From: Neovahlkampfia damariscottae
Lineage: Eukaryota
DNA length: 46,358 nucleotides
Direction of reading: 5' to 3'
Assembly: GCA_016618085.1 (NCBI GenBank)
Contig: JABLTG010000018.1
Location: 124,001 to 170,358 of the forward strand
The notes under the pieces are model-generated. The model was not told where the DNA came from. It searched no databases and was given only the letters and a program-made list of their open reading frames with translations. Below, one piece after another: positions 1-11,074 of the stretch. Both the position numbers and the translations under genes were made by a program. How positions within the stretch are numbered: position 1 is the stretch's first letter; each line of letters begins with the position of its first letter.

Positions 1-408
1 TTTATTCCATTTATCGGATCAATTATTAGAAATTTTAGAAGACAACAAAGAATATTTGAATTTAGAGAACAAAAAAGAAATAAAACCGGATTTGGATACG
101 AACAACGATCAAATTCATATCAAAATTCACAAAGCAATTATCAAAAACAAAGATATTCAAAGAGTAAAGAATCAACCAAAGATGATTATTATACAATTTT
201 GGGACTTGATCCATCAAAAAGAGATTCATATAGTTCTGATCAAATCAGAAAAAGTTTTTTGAAAATGGCGAAATCATTTCATCCAGACAGATTTTCTGAT
301 CCAAAAGAAAAAGAAAATGCACATAAGAAATTCACTCAAATCAATCAAGCATATCAAACTTTGAAAGATGAACAAAGTAGAGCTGATTATGATGTCAGTA
401 AATATTAA
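1..408 (+). CDS. DnaJ/Hsp40 J-domain protein, 3' part (truncated by window start)
   Basis: Frame 1 is open from base 1 to TAA at 408. It contains DYYTILGL...KMAKSFHPDRF...KFTQINQAYQTLKDEQSRADYD, a C-terminal J domain with the HPD motif. Confidence 0.9.
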   Translation, partial: FIPFIGSIIRNFRRQQRIFEFREQKRNKTGFGYEQRSNSYQNSQSNYQKQRYSKSKESTKDDYYTILGLDPSKRDSYSSDQIRKSFLKMAKSFHPDRFSDPKEKENAHKKFTQINQAYQTLKDEQSRADYDVSKY

Positions 409-590
409 TTCAAATTGTTGATTTTGATGTTTCTTCTTCACCAATTAAAAATGAGATGATTGGATAACCGTTTGTGGTTTTTCTTTGAGACTTAAAAACT
501 TGAAAAACATCAAAAATTCATGTTTTTATTCTTTTTTTTTTCTAACCAATAATAAACAGTCATTTACACCAATAAAAACAATTTTGTGAC

Positions 591-1583
591 ATGATGAAAA
601 ACTGTGTTGTAGTTATTTGCGTGGTGTTGCTCACTCTTTTCAATTCGATCAATTCATTACCTGGTAATTGTTCAGGTCCACAAATGAAGTCAGGAAATAC
701 AATTTCTAAAATTGTTTCAAATAAATGTTCCAGAACAGCAACTTGTCAAGTAAATTGTAAAAATTTGAAAGAACATTTCACTTGTCAAAAATTATCTTCA
801 CCTGAAAATAAACCAACTTTGGATTTTTCACTTCTTTCAAAACAAGCAAAATCAAAAGAACTTTCAAAGGTTGATAAAAAAGCACTTTCATATTATTGTA
901 CAGAAAGAAGACATGAAGATAAAGTTAAAAACAATGCTCTTTCAACTGTATTTCGTAATGTACTTTCAAAATGGACTTCAGTGACTGAAGCTGATTTTCT
1001 TGAAACAAAACCATTAGAAGACGCTGATCATACTTTTACTGCTCATATTAAATCACAAAAAGAAAAACTTTTGAATATTGATTTACCTCATGAACATGTA
1101 CTTTCCATTTTGGAAAATTTATTGACCTACAGAAATGCTTTAAATGATTTTAAAGTACTAGCTCTACAAAAATCAAATGTACTTGAAAATGTAGATGAAG
1201 AATTAGAAAATTATGAAACAACACTTTCAAAAAGTCAACAATTGGACAAAAACTCACTTTCAGTTTTTAAAGCTTTAAAAAATCAAATTTCAACTGGTTT
1301 TAAAAAACATTTAAAAACAATGGAACCATTTTGTGATTGTTTAGATTTTTATAATTTTTATAAAAAATATATTCAAAAGAATAATCATGTAACACAAGAA
1401 GTAAAAGAACAATGGAGTAAAAGAGCCTATGAAATTGAAAAAATGGCTTTAAATAAATGTGGATGTACTGGAGCAAAAGAAATTACAACTTCAACTTCAA
1501 CCACTTTTCCATGGTCAACAACAAAATCAACAAAAGTTCAATCTATAAAATATATTGAAGATAAATTCAATGATGAAGAATAA
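591..1583 (+). CDS. Secreted Cys-containing hypothetical protein
   Basis: Intronless 330-aa ORF with an N-terminal hydrophobic signal peptide and CCAAT boxes at 546 and 569. No family recognised. Confidence 0.75.
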   Translation: MMKNCVVVICVVLLTLFNSINSLPGNCSGPQMKSGNTISKIVSNKCSRTATCQVNCKNLKEHFTCQKLSSPENKPTLDFSLLSKQAKSKELSKVDKKALSYYCTERRHEDKVKNNALSTVFRNVLSKWTSVTEADFLETKPLEDADHTFTAHIKSQKEKLLNIDLPHEHVLSILENLLTYRNALNDFKVLALQKSNVLENVDEELENYETTLSKSQQLDKNSLSVFKALKNQISTGFKKHLKTMEPFCDCLDFYNFYKKYIQKNNHVTQEVKEQWSKRAYEIEKMALNKCGCTGAKEITTSTSTTFPWSTTKSTKVQSIKYIEDKFNDEE

Positions 1584-1589
1584 AAATAT

Positions 1590-2091
1590 TTATTTCAATT
1601 CTTTAAACTCTTGTTCAATTTTATTCATTCTTGAACGTATAGAAGCAACTTCTGCTGCTTGAAAAATAGCTTGTTTGAAATTAGATTGAGCTGATTTTAA
1701 ATCTGAAGAAGGTAATAAACCAAACCTTGATTTTTTAATAAAAATGAAATAAATACCAGTATATAGGGTCTTGTTTATGCATTTCTGTTTCTTTTTTTGA
1801 CGTCAAAATACTCTCTTTTGATTTATTTTTTAAATTTACATTTTCTGCTTCTTTTACATTATATAAACATTTCTTTTCATCTAAATCTATTGTTATCTTT
1901 GGTTCTATTTCTTTTGGTACATGAATAAATGAAATAACGTCAGAATCAAAACTTCTTGAACGAATGTATGAAAAATCAAAAAGACCTGTGGATATAAATT
2001 TATTCATATTCTTTTGATATTCCTGCATTTTATCAAATAATTCAAAATATTCAATGATAAGTGAATCTTTTTTTTCTTCAAGTGTAGACAT
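1590..2091 (-). CDS. CCDC115: V-ATPase assembly factor CCDC115/Vma22-like
   Basis: Removing a 31-nt GT-AG intron (1726-1756) gives DPIYWFGLLPSSDLKSAQSNFKQAI, matching the Vma22/CCDC115 C-terminal motif. The N-terminus is helical. Confidence 0.8.
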
Positions 2092-2145
2092 GATTGGTGG
2101 AATATTTTTTGACCAATCAATTATTTAAACTAGAACAAGCAAATT
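2092..2145. promoter_or_regulatory. 54-bp bidirectional promoter (CCDC115 / transportin)
   Basis: Divergent ATGs at 2091 and 2146, with ATTGG at 2093 and CCAAT at 2113. Confidence 0.65.
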
Positions 2146-5022
2146 ATGTCGTGGAAACCTCAACAACAAAGTTTAGAAGATTTAGTTAAACTGTTGAAAA
2201 GTACAACTGAGGGTAATAGTCAAGTACAACGTGATATTTATACCGTAAATATTTTTATTTTTATTTTTAAATTTCAAAAAAAGAAATTGGAAGAACTGAA
2301 CAAACAATATTTCGATTTCAACAATTACTTAGTTTATGTTTTTTCAAACTTAAAAGATATAGATCCTGGAATTAGAAGAATTGCTGGTATATTATTAAAA
2401 AATAATATAAAAAATGATTTCAATGATAGAATAAAAGGAGAAGCTTTAGAACATATTCAAGGACATATTTTACAATGTTTAACAGATACAAATGAAGCTG
2501 TTAGACATACTGCTGGAAGTTTTATTTCAGATTTCGTTTCTATGAAAGGACTTGAAAAATGGGCGAACTTATTACCTTCACTTATTCAAATTTTAGGACA
2601 AAGTCAAAACTTAAGTACTCAAGAAGGTGTCATGTCTGCTCTTTTAAAAATATGTGAAGACTCTCATGAAGACTTGGAAAGTGAGAAATATGGAAGACCT
2701 TTAAATAACTTACTTCCTATTTTTATTAAGTTTTTAGAACATCCAGATGATACTGTTAGAAAACATGCTCTTTCTTCAATTTTAGTTTTTTTAGATACTC
2801 CTTCAGATAATTTTCCGAATGCAATTATATCAAATATGGACACTCTTTTACCGAGAATATTTCAATTAGCTCATGATAAAAGTTTAAGTATTCAACGAAG
2901 AGTTTGTGCTGCTTTTACTTTACTATTAAAAACACCTCAATATCTTGATAAAGATATGAAAGCAATTTTCGAATATATATTGGTTTCTTCTCAACATAAA
3001 GATGAATATGTAGCTTTAGAAGCAACTGAATTTTGGTCACATTTAACAGAAACTGAATATTTTGAAAATTATTCAAAACTCTTTTCAGTTTACCTTCCAA
3101 AGTTTTTTTTTTTTTTTTCTAAAAAATATTAAATTAGATTAATACCAATACTTGTTGAAAATATGGTTTTTACAGAAAATGATAGAATTACATATGAAGA
3201 AGAATCTGAAAGACCTGATAGAGATCAAGATATCAATCCAAAGAATTTATTTTCACACGCAAAAGAACATACAGTTCATGATGATACATCATCATCACAT
3301 ACATCAAGTACAATTCAAGGTTCAGATGATGAAGATGATGATGATGATGATTTACAGTGGGATGATTCTGGTGATGATTGGACTTTAAGAAAAAGTTCTT
3401 CTTTGACTTTAGATAATATTGCAAATTTTTATAGAGAATCAATTTTAGATATTGCTTTACCTGTTATTCAACAAAAAATTGATGGAAAACAAGATTGGTT
3501 TGTACGTGAAAGTGGTATTTTAGCACTCGGTGCAATTTCAGAAGGATGTCGTTCTGGTATGGTGAAATTCCTTCCAGAGTTAATTCCATACCTTGTCACT
3601 CTCTTGAAAGACTCAAAAGTTTTTTTTTTTTTTTTTTTTTTGACACTTTTTTTAAAGCCTTTGGTCAGATGTATAACATGTTGGACCATTGGAAGGTATA
3701 CTACTTGGATTGTTTCTGAACAAGGCTCAAAATTATTTCCTTTGGTATTACAAGGTATATTAGAAAAAATGATGGATACAAATAAAAAAGTACAAGAATC
3801 AGCATGTTCAACATTTATAGGTTTAACAGAATTATCAAGAAGTGAAATATTTCCTTTTATATTTCCATGTTTACAAGCAATTTCAAAAGCATTTTCATTT
3901 TATTCAGTAAGAGATCAAACAAGTTCCAAATTTACTTTTTAGAAAAAAAATTTATTAAGTTTATATGATGCTCTGACAATTTTATGTGATATGTGTGGTC
4001 CTGAAATGAAAAAGAAAGACTATATTGAATTAATAATGCCTCCTTTAATTGAAAAATGGAATAAGATACCAAATGATGATCCAAAGTTAATACCATTACT
4101 TGATTGTTTACAATCTGTTGCTATTGCACTCCAAGATGGATTTGTTACATTTGCTCCAACCATTTTTAAAAGATGTCTTGTTTTGATGAATGAATCATTG
4201 GTTGATAAAAATAAAGAAGCAAGTGATGATTTTCTTGTTTGTTCACTTGATTTAATAAGTGGAATGGTTGAAGGATTAGGGTCAGGTGTTGAAAATTTAA
4301 TATCAGGAACTGAATTTTTAAAAATGTTATACTTTTGTTGTCAAGTAATATTTTTTTTGTAAATTTAACATTCATCATAGGAAAAACGAACTGATGTTCG
4401 TCAAGCATCTTTCGCATTGTTAGGTGAACTATCAAAATGTTGTATTGGTTTATTTCAAACAACAATGAATGATTTTATGGCAATTTTAATTCAAAATCTT
4501 CAAATTACAAATACATCAGCTTGTAATAATGCAAGTTGGGCTATCGGAGAATTTTTAATTTCACTTGGAACAGAAAGATCAAAACCTTATTGTGAAGCAA
4601 TTTTGTCAAAAGAAATTCAAATAATCAATTCAAAAAATTTAAAATTAAGTTTAATGGAAAATACAGCTGTTACAATTGGAAGATTAGCATATGTTTGTCC
4701 TGATTTAGTTGCACCTCATCTCGCTTCATTTTGTACATATTGGTGTATTGCATTAAAAACAGTAAGGCATACATCAGAAAAAGATCATGCATTCAGAGGT
4801 TTGTGTTTAATGGTTAGAAAAAATCCACAAGCAACTTTACAATCATTTCCTTATATTTGTGATGCAATTGCTTCTTGGACAAATCCACCAAAAGAATTAG
4901 GTGAAGAATTTTACACTTTATTACATGGATTTAAAAAAAGTATTGGTGATGGATGGCCAACTTATTATGCAACTTTTCCAAAAGATTTAGTTGAAACACT
5001 TTCAAAAACCTATGGTTTATAA
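2146..5022 (+). CDS. TNPO1: Transportin-1 / karyopherin beta-2 (importin-beta family)
   Basis: N-terminus MSWKPQ, RRIAGILLKN, acidic loop followed by WTLRKSS, RESGILALGAISEGC, PLVRCITCWTIGRY, CNNASWAIGE, ENTAVTIGRL. Introns at 2245-2283, 3102-3137, 3619-3657, 3907-3942 and 4345-4380 join all ORF fragments in frame. Confidence 0.95.
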
Positions 5023-5169
5023 AGAGATAAAAATAAAAAGGTTGTTTTAAAAAAGAAGAAAACCAAGTCCAAATTTGGAGAAAATACATTTTGGAAGGTT
5101 TAAATTAAGACTAGAGCTTATCCATTTTGAGTTCTCTTCCAATCAACAATTAAAGACAAAAAAAAAACA

Positions 5170-6725
5170 ATGAGCAAAAAAGACACAGTGCTCTCTCCAA
5201 GGAAAAAGAAAAAATCATCAGATAAGATAGGACTTCTATTATCACCTAGAAACTCCTTTAGAATTTCCCCTCGTAGTTCTTTGGATATGAAATCCTACGA
5301 CGTTAATTTTTCTTCTATTTTTGCTCATACAGATTTGGCCGAAACATTTTACGACTTTTTAGAATCTGAACATAATCAGGAACCGTATCTTTGCCTTGAA
5401 CATTTGGAAATTTTGAAAAAGAAAAAAACTGAAAAAGAACAAGTTGAACAAGTCAATTTGATCTTGGATAAATTTATAGAACCAGGATCAGATTATGAAG
5501 TATTCATTCATATCTTTAAATTTTTTTTTCAAAGGTCAATATCAGCGCAGAAACTAGAAAAAAAATATACTCCATTTTAGAAAAAGGAAAATATGATCGA
5601 GAAATCAGTAAATGGCCTTTAGAACAACAGCCATATGAAGTATTTTCTGATTTAAAAAAGACATTACTTTCTGAACTTCATTCTGATAACTTTCCAAGAT
5701 TTGTTAGATCAGAGAGAGCTTCCATGATTTTATCAAAATATACAACACACAAAGATGTTTTAGTTTTAAAAATATCAATACAATTCCCATTTTCAGATTC
5801 TGATTTTTCAGTTCCTTATATCAATGATGAAGAATTAGATTTCATGGAAAAATTAGTTGATGATTCTTTTGATTGGGATTTAATTATGTCAAAAAATGGA
5901 ATTCAAACACCAAATGTATATCTTTCAAATTTGAATTTCTTACCAAATTCAAAATTATTTGAAAGTTCACTTTCTGTAAAAGTAGATGGAATAATACCTT
6001 TGAATATTGAATCAATAGCTTGTACAGTATTTGGACCAGCAATTAGAAATGTTGTCATTGAAAAAGGTTTAGGAGATATAGAAACAACAAAAGTTTATAC
6101 ATCAGATGAAATTAAAAATCAATATCCAGATGTGAAAATGGCTAGAGAAAGGAAATCATTCATTACTGATATTTATGTCAAAGGTGTATTTCCAATAAAT
6201 ACTCCAAGAAGATCAAGAATTGTAGAAACTATAGATTATAATCCATTGAAGGGAACTATTTCTTATTTTCATAAACCTTATATTCTTGATGAACATCAAG
6301 ACAAAGATGTTGATTGGAAGAAAAAAATGAAACTTCCATTTAAAAATTTTAAAACTGGTGAAAAATATGATACAGATGGTTATTTCTCAGTTTCAATGCA
6401 TTTCATATATTTAGAAAGGATAACTGAAAATTCAACAAAAGTTGTTCATGTTATCATTTTTAATCCAAGAGGTTTGATTGAAAATCCAAAAGGAATTTTG
6501 TCGATAGTTCCGAAACTTGCAACTAAAATTATTGAAGGAAAAGTTTCTCAAATACAAGATAATGCTAGAAATAGATCATTTGAAGCTTCGAAGGATTTAT
6601 TAATGAAAGATCCAATTACATCTTCACTGTTGGAACTACAAACAAAATATTGTAAAGAATTTTTAGATAAATTGGAAGAAATTGATGAAAAGGAAATCAT
6701 CCAAGATCTGTTAATATTCGATTAA
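5170..6725 (+). CDS. RGS domain + START/Bet v1-like domain protein
   Basis: RGS motifs FYDFLESEHNQE and FIEPGSDYE|VNIS...DNFPRFVRS appear after removing a 35-nt intron (5500-5534). The C-terminal half has a START-like pattern (LERITENSTKVVHVIIFNPRG), which is the less certain call. Confidence 0.75.
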
Positions 6726-6802
6726 TAAAAAGTCAAAATTTTCTTTTTCATTTTTGAGAGGAATTTTGTTGATTTTTTTGACCAATCATATTGTATTAGA
6801 AA

Positions 6803-7633
6803 ATGAATAAAAACTGGGCAACTAAAAAAAAAAATTTAGACAAAAACTGGACATGAACAAATTGAAAGACACAATTCTCTTGAAGAAAACACAAAAAGGT
6901 GAAAAAACTTTATTGTATGAATATCAATCATTGAATCAATGTGAAGATTCAAATGTTTATACACACCGAGCTCAAACTTCACTCAAAAAAGGAACAACTT
7001 AGAAACAAAATCTCTTCAAAATGAAATTGACTTCCAAAAATTAGATTTAGAAAAAGTTGCAGCAAATTTAATGGAGATTAAAAAGAATCTTGAATTTGAA
7101 GCTTTTGCTTTGAAGGCACAATACAAACAACAAAATATGGAATTAGAAGAAAAAAATCAAAAATTAGAAATTCAAAATCGAGAATTGAACCTCAGACAAT
7201 TGAACTTGGAATTTGATGAAGAAAAAATAACAACTCAAATGAAGAATCAGAATCAAAAAGAAAATCATTAGAACAAAAAGAAAAAGAACTAAATCAATCA
7301 TTTGAATTGATCAAAATTAGAAATGAAGAATTATTAGAATTCGAACAAAAATTAAAAACGAATCAAATACAAATGAACCAAGAAAACGAAATCATTTCAA
7401 AAATGAAAATAGATTTAAGTCAAAAACAATTAGATTATAAATAAAAAACAGAAAAATTAAAAGAAATTCAAACAATTGTTCAAAACGAAAAACAAAATAT
7501 CGAAATGAAAAAAAAGAACATTGTTGATTTGGAGAATAAATTAATACAAGAAAGAGATGAGAGAATTGAAAAAGATCATCAAAAAAGAGTTGTACTATTG
7601 GAAACTATTCGCAAAATATTATTAGAAGATTAA
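6803..7633 (+). pseudogene. Degenerate coiled-coil protein gene
   Basis: E/K/Q-rich coiled-coil-like coding sequence continues across frameshifts (about 7000 and 7265) and an in-frame TAA (7442-7444). CCAAT at 6782. Confidence 0.55.
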
Positions 7634-7638
7634 AATAT

Positions 7639-8349
7639 TTAAATTTTCACGTTTTTCATTTGTTCAATTACTTCTTCCAATTCCTTGACTTTTTTTTTTA
7701 ATTCTTGAATTTCTTCTTTTGATTGTTCAAATTCTTTTTTTTGATCTTGTTTTCTTTGACTTTTGATTGCCACTGCAACGAATTTTTGAATTTTTCTGAG
7801 TATGACTGTTTCTAATTTGTCAATTTGGATACTTTCATCCAAATCATCTTTTGAGTCAAGTGGTTTTGTTGAACGAATAATATCAACTACTTTTGATAAA
7901 TTCTTTGTATTCAATTTCGCAATACGATCTGATAACGTTTTTTTTTGTTTTTCGGTCATTGGAGAATCGACATCATTTTTTTTCTTTTTTGAAACTTCTT
8001 TTTCAACTGGTAAAATAACAACTTCAACTTTTCCTTCTTTTTTTTTGTTTTTGTTTTTTTTTGGTTTTTTTTGTTTTTCTTCAGTTTCTGCTTTTGGAAC
8101 TGTTCCTTCTTCAACTTCTAATGGTAAAATGACATGTTCACCTTCTTGTTTTACTTTTTTATTTTTTTTATTTTTCTTCTTTTCTTGTGGTTTTCCATCA
8201 TTAGTTTTTTTGTTCTTTTTTTGTTTTTTATTTTTTTGTTTTTTTTCTTCTTCTTTCACTTCAACAGCTTCTCCAACTGGTAAAATAGCAAGTTCTTCTG
8301 TTGTTTCGTTTTCAACTGGCAAAATGGCAAGTTCTTCTTGTTGGTTCAT
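7639..8349 (-). CDS. Stand-alone NET/ET (BET extra-terminal) domain protein with Lys-rich repeats
   Basis: SPMTEKQKKTLSDRIAKLNTKNLSKVVDIIR...IQIDKLETVILRKIQKFV matches the ET domain pattern. ATG at 8349. No bromodomain is present. Confidence 0.8.
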   Translation of the reverse strand: MNQQEELAILPVENETTEELAILPVGEAVEVKEEEKKQKNKKQKKNKKTNDGKPQEKKKNKKNKKVKQEGEHVILPLEVEEGTVPKAETEEKQKKPKKNKNKKKEGKVEVVILPVEKEVSKKKKNDVDSPMTEKQKKTLSDRIAKLNTKNLSKVVDIIRSTKPLDSKDDLDESIQIDKLETVILRKIQKFVAVAIKSQRKQDQKKEFEQSKEEIQELKKKVKELEEVIEQMKNVKI

Positions 8350-8386
8350 TTCGTAACACACAAGTCGTTTGATTGGTCAAATTAAA
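8350..8386. promoter_or_regulatory. 37-bp bidirectional promoter (ET protein / PepD)
   Basis: Divergent ATGs at 8349 and 8387, with a single TGATTGG box (ATTGG at 8372). Confidence 0.65.
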
Positions 8387-10002
8387 ATGAGTCAATTTCT
8401 TTTGAAAGTGTTGTTTTTGTTCAGTTTTTGTTTTTACATCTTTGCTTCATTTAATTGTAAAGCAAATAAAGAACATATCCAAAACTTGAAACCAAAAGAG
8501 TTATGGGTAGTTTTCACAACAAATTTTAACTTTTTTTTGAAGAACTTTTTTTATGAAATTTCTTGTCATCCAAGATGCTCTGGAAATGAGAGAATAGTTA
8601 GAAAGTATATTGAAGAACATTATGCAAAAAAAAATAATTTTGAGTTTAAAGTTGACAAAGTTGGAAATTTATTAGTGAAAGTGCCACCAACAAAAGGTTT
8701 TGAAAAAAAACCAACTGTGATTATACAAAATCATATGGATATGGTATGTGTAAAAAAAGAAAAACATGAACATGATTTTGATAAAGATCCTATTCAATTG
8801 ATTAAAGATAAAACTGGACTTTGGATTAAAGCAAATTTCACGTCGCTTGGAGCTGATAATGGATTAGGAATGTCACATGCATTAGCATTAGGTATTGATA
8901 TAAATATTAACCATGGTCCTTTGGAACTCTTATTCACAGTTGAAGAAGAAACTACTTTTAAAGGAGTGAATAATTTATCACCAAAATGGTTAACTGGAAA
9001 ATATTTGATAAATGTGGATTCATCATGGATAGATGGTATAACAGTTGGTAGTTCGGGTGGTGTTGATGTTGAGAATACTTTTGAACCAAAATTCGAATAT
9101 GCACCTTCTGGACACACCATTTATCTTATTAAGCTATTTGGGATGATTGGAGGTCATAGTACAGTAGATATTGACAAACACCGAGCAAATTCGATCAAAT
9201 TAATGGTAAGAGTATTGAACCATTTGTCAAATAAATCAAATCAATGGTTTCGATTGATCACTTTAAAATCCAATTCTGAAAGTGGTATTCCAAACAGTGG
9301 AATCATCTACATATCATTGAACCCAAAAAATGAAGAATTGCTAATAAACTTAGTGGATGAAATAATGAACCTCATCAAAATTGAATATTTAACATCCGAT
9401 CCAAAATTATCTTTCACAATCGATAAAGAACATGAAGAACATATCAGAGTATTGAAAAAAAGTGATGAAATAAAAATAATGAAAATATTGCAAGTATATC
9501 CTGATGGTGTTCAATCAATGGAATCTGATTATGAAAAAGCAGTTCAAACATCAGTTTGTATTTCCGATGTAAATTTAGAGGATGGTGAATTTTCCATTGA
9601 AGCCTCAATTTCATCTTCAATGAGATCTTCCATTAATAATACTATTTTGACCATAAAAAGTTTAGCAAAAATGACAAGAATGACCACTGAAGTTTCAAAT
9701 TATTATCCAGAATGGATTCCTGATTTAAACTCAAAACTGTTGAATATTTCAAAAGATATCCACAAAAAGATGTTTAATAAAGATGTTAAAGTATCTTTAA
9801 TTCATGGTGGATTGGAAACTGGAGTCAGTAAGTGTTTAAATTGTTGTAAATTTCTTGATAAGTCAATTCAAAATATCCAAAGTTAGAAATGATTGCTATT
9901 GGATCAGTCGATGAAAATGCTCATAGTATTGAAGAAAGAGTGTTGATTTCAAGTGTAAAACAAAGCTATGATTTGCTTTGTAATATCATTAAAGCATTGT
10001 GA
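8387..10002 (+). CDS. pepD: Aminoacyl-histidine dipeptidase (PepD-type, peptidase M20C) with signal peptide
   Basis: QNHMDMVC, SLGADNGLG, LELLFTVEEET, LINVD, IHGGLE, AHSIEERV. Introns at 8507-8542 and 9828-9862. Confidence 0.9.
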
Positions 10003-10033
10003 ACAATTCTATAAACAAAATGAATTTTTATTC

Positions 10034-10730
10034 TTATAAAGTTAAGAAGAGCACTGAGAGTACTGATAGTGACCAATAAATTATCATTGAGCTTGCATTA
10101 CCACAAACCACTTCTTGAGTACCAGTTTTAGCTGAATAACATTTTGTTGGATAGTACTCTTGAACAGTGCTGTCACCTACACATAATGTTGAGTTGGCAT
10201 TGTAAGTATTTCCTTTGACATAGAAATTGTATTGATTATCAAGTGCACATGCTAAAGTTTCACGGTTTCCATTTTCATCAACAAAACAACCTAAGTATTC
10301 ATAAATATGTGTAGATGTTTTAGTTTGACAATTTGCTTGTGAAAAACGGTTTCGTTTGATATACAAAGCTGGTAGATAAGTCAATGAAGGGTTTGAACAA
10401 TAATATCTTTTTTTATCAACACAAGCACCAATGACTAGAAAGTTAGTAGATCTTCATTTTCTTACGAAAAGCACCTTTAATAGCATTTTGGTTTACACAA
10501 TTAGAGTTTGGGTATTGTACGTAGTTAACATGTGTTGAGTTACAGTTGAATTTATATGAAGAACTACCATATTTTTCGCAGACTGATCCATCTGTTTTTC
10601 CATAGAACATCATTCCTGATTGAAAAGTGGTTGTTGTGCATTGACTACCTGTATAGCTAACTACAGCTGACGTTTGAGCACTGACCATGTAAATAAGAGT
10701 TAAGAGTGTTGTGAATATAGCTATTCTCAT
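10034..10730 (-). CDS. Secreted, probably GPI-anchored Cys-rich surface protein
   Basis: Signal peptide MRIAIFTTLL.... A 31-nt intron (10435-10465, containing TACTAAC) joins the two ORFs. Hydrophobic C-terminus after GNAS. Confidence 0.75.
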
Positions 10731-11074
10731 GTTGTGAATTGAGCGTACTGATGAACTGAGTAAATAAACCAATAAAATGAGCGCTATTTATTAATCTCAT
10801 TGGCCAAACCCAGTTCTCAAGAAATCCATCAAATACTTTCTGATTATAATAAATGAATAAAATAAAAAAATAGAGAACTGGAGTTCGAAGAATGAACTGA
10901 AGAACAATGAAATTTGGCCAATAAAAAAGGATTTTGCAAAGCTAATGGAGCCTTCGATTCTCCAAATCATATTTGATTATTCTTATATGATTTAGTATAT
11001 TTTGGACTAACTCTGCTCTGATAAATTGATCCAAATGAAAAGAATTTGATGGAATGAAAAGAAAAATTTTATCA

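Noticed and set aside
56..262. 68-aa ORF overlapping the DnaJ gene
   Set aside because: It is an alternative frame of the J-domain CDS, which is open from base 1.
3310..3380. GAT/GAA trinucleotide run and His- or Met-rich ORFs in other frames
   Set aside because: The run encodes the known acidic loop of transportin, and the other frames are by-products.
7802..8356. 184-aa Phe/Ser-rich plus-strand ORF
   Set aside because: It is the antisense shadow of the Lys/Glu-rich ET-domain gene, and its composition is explained by the opposite strand.
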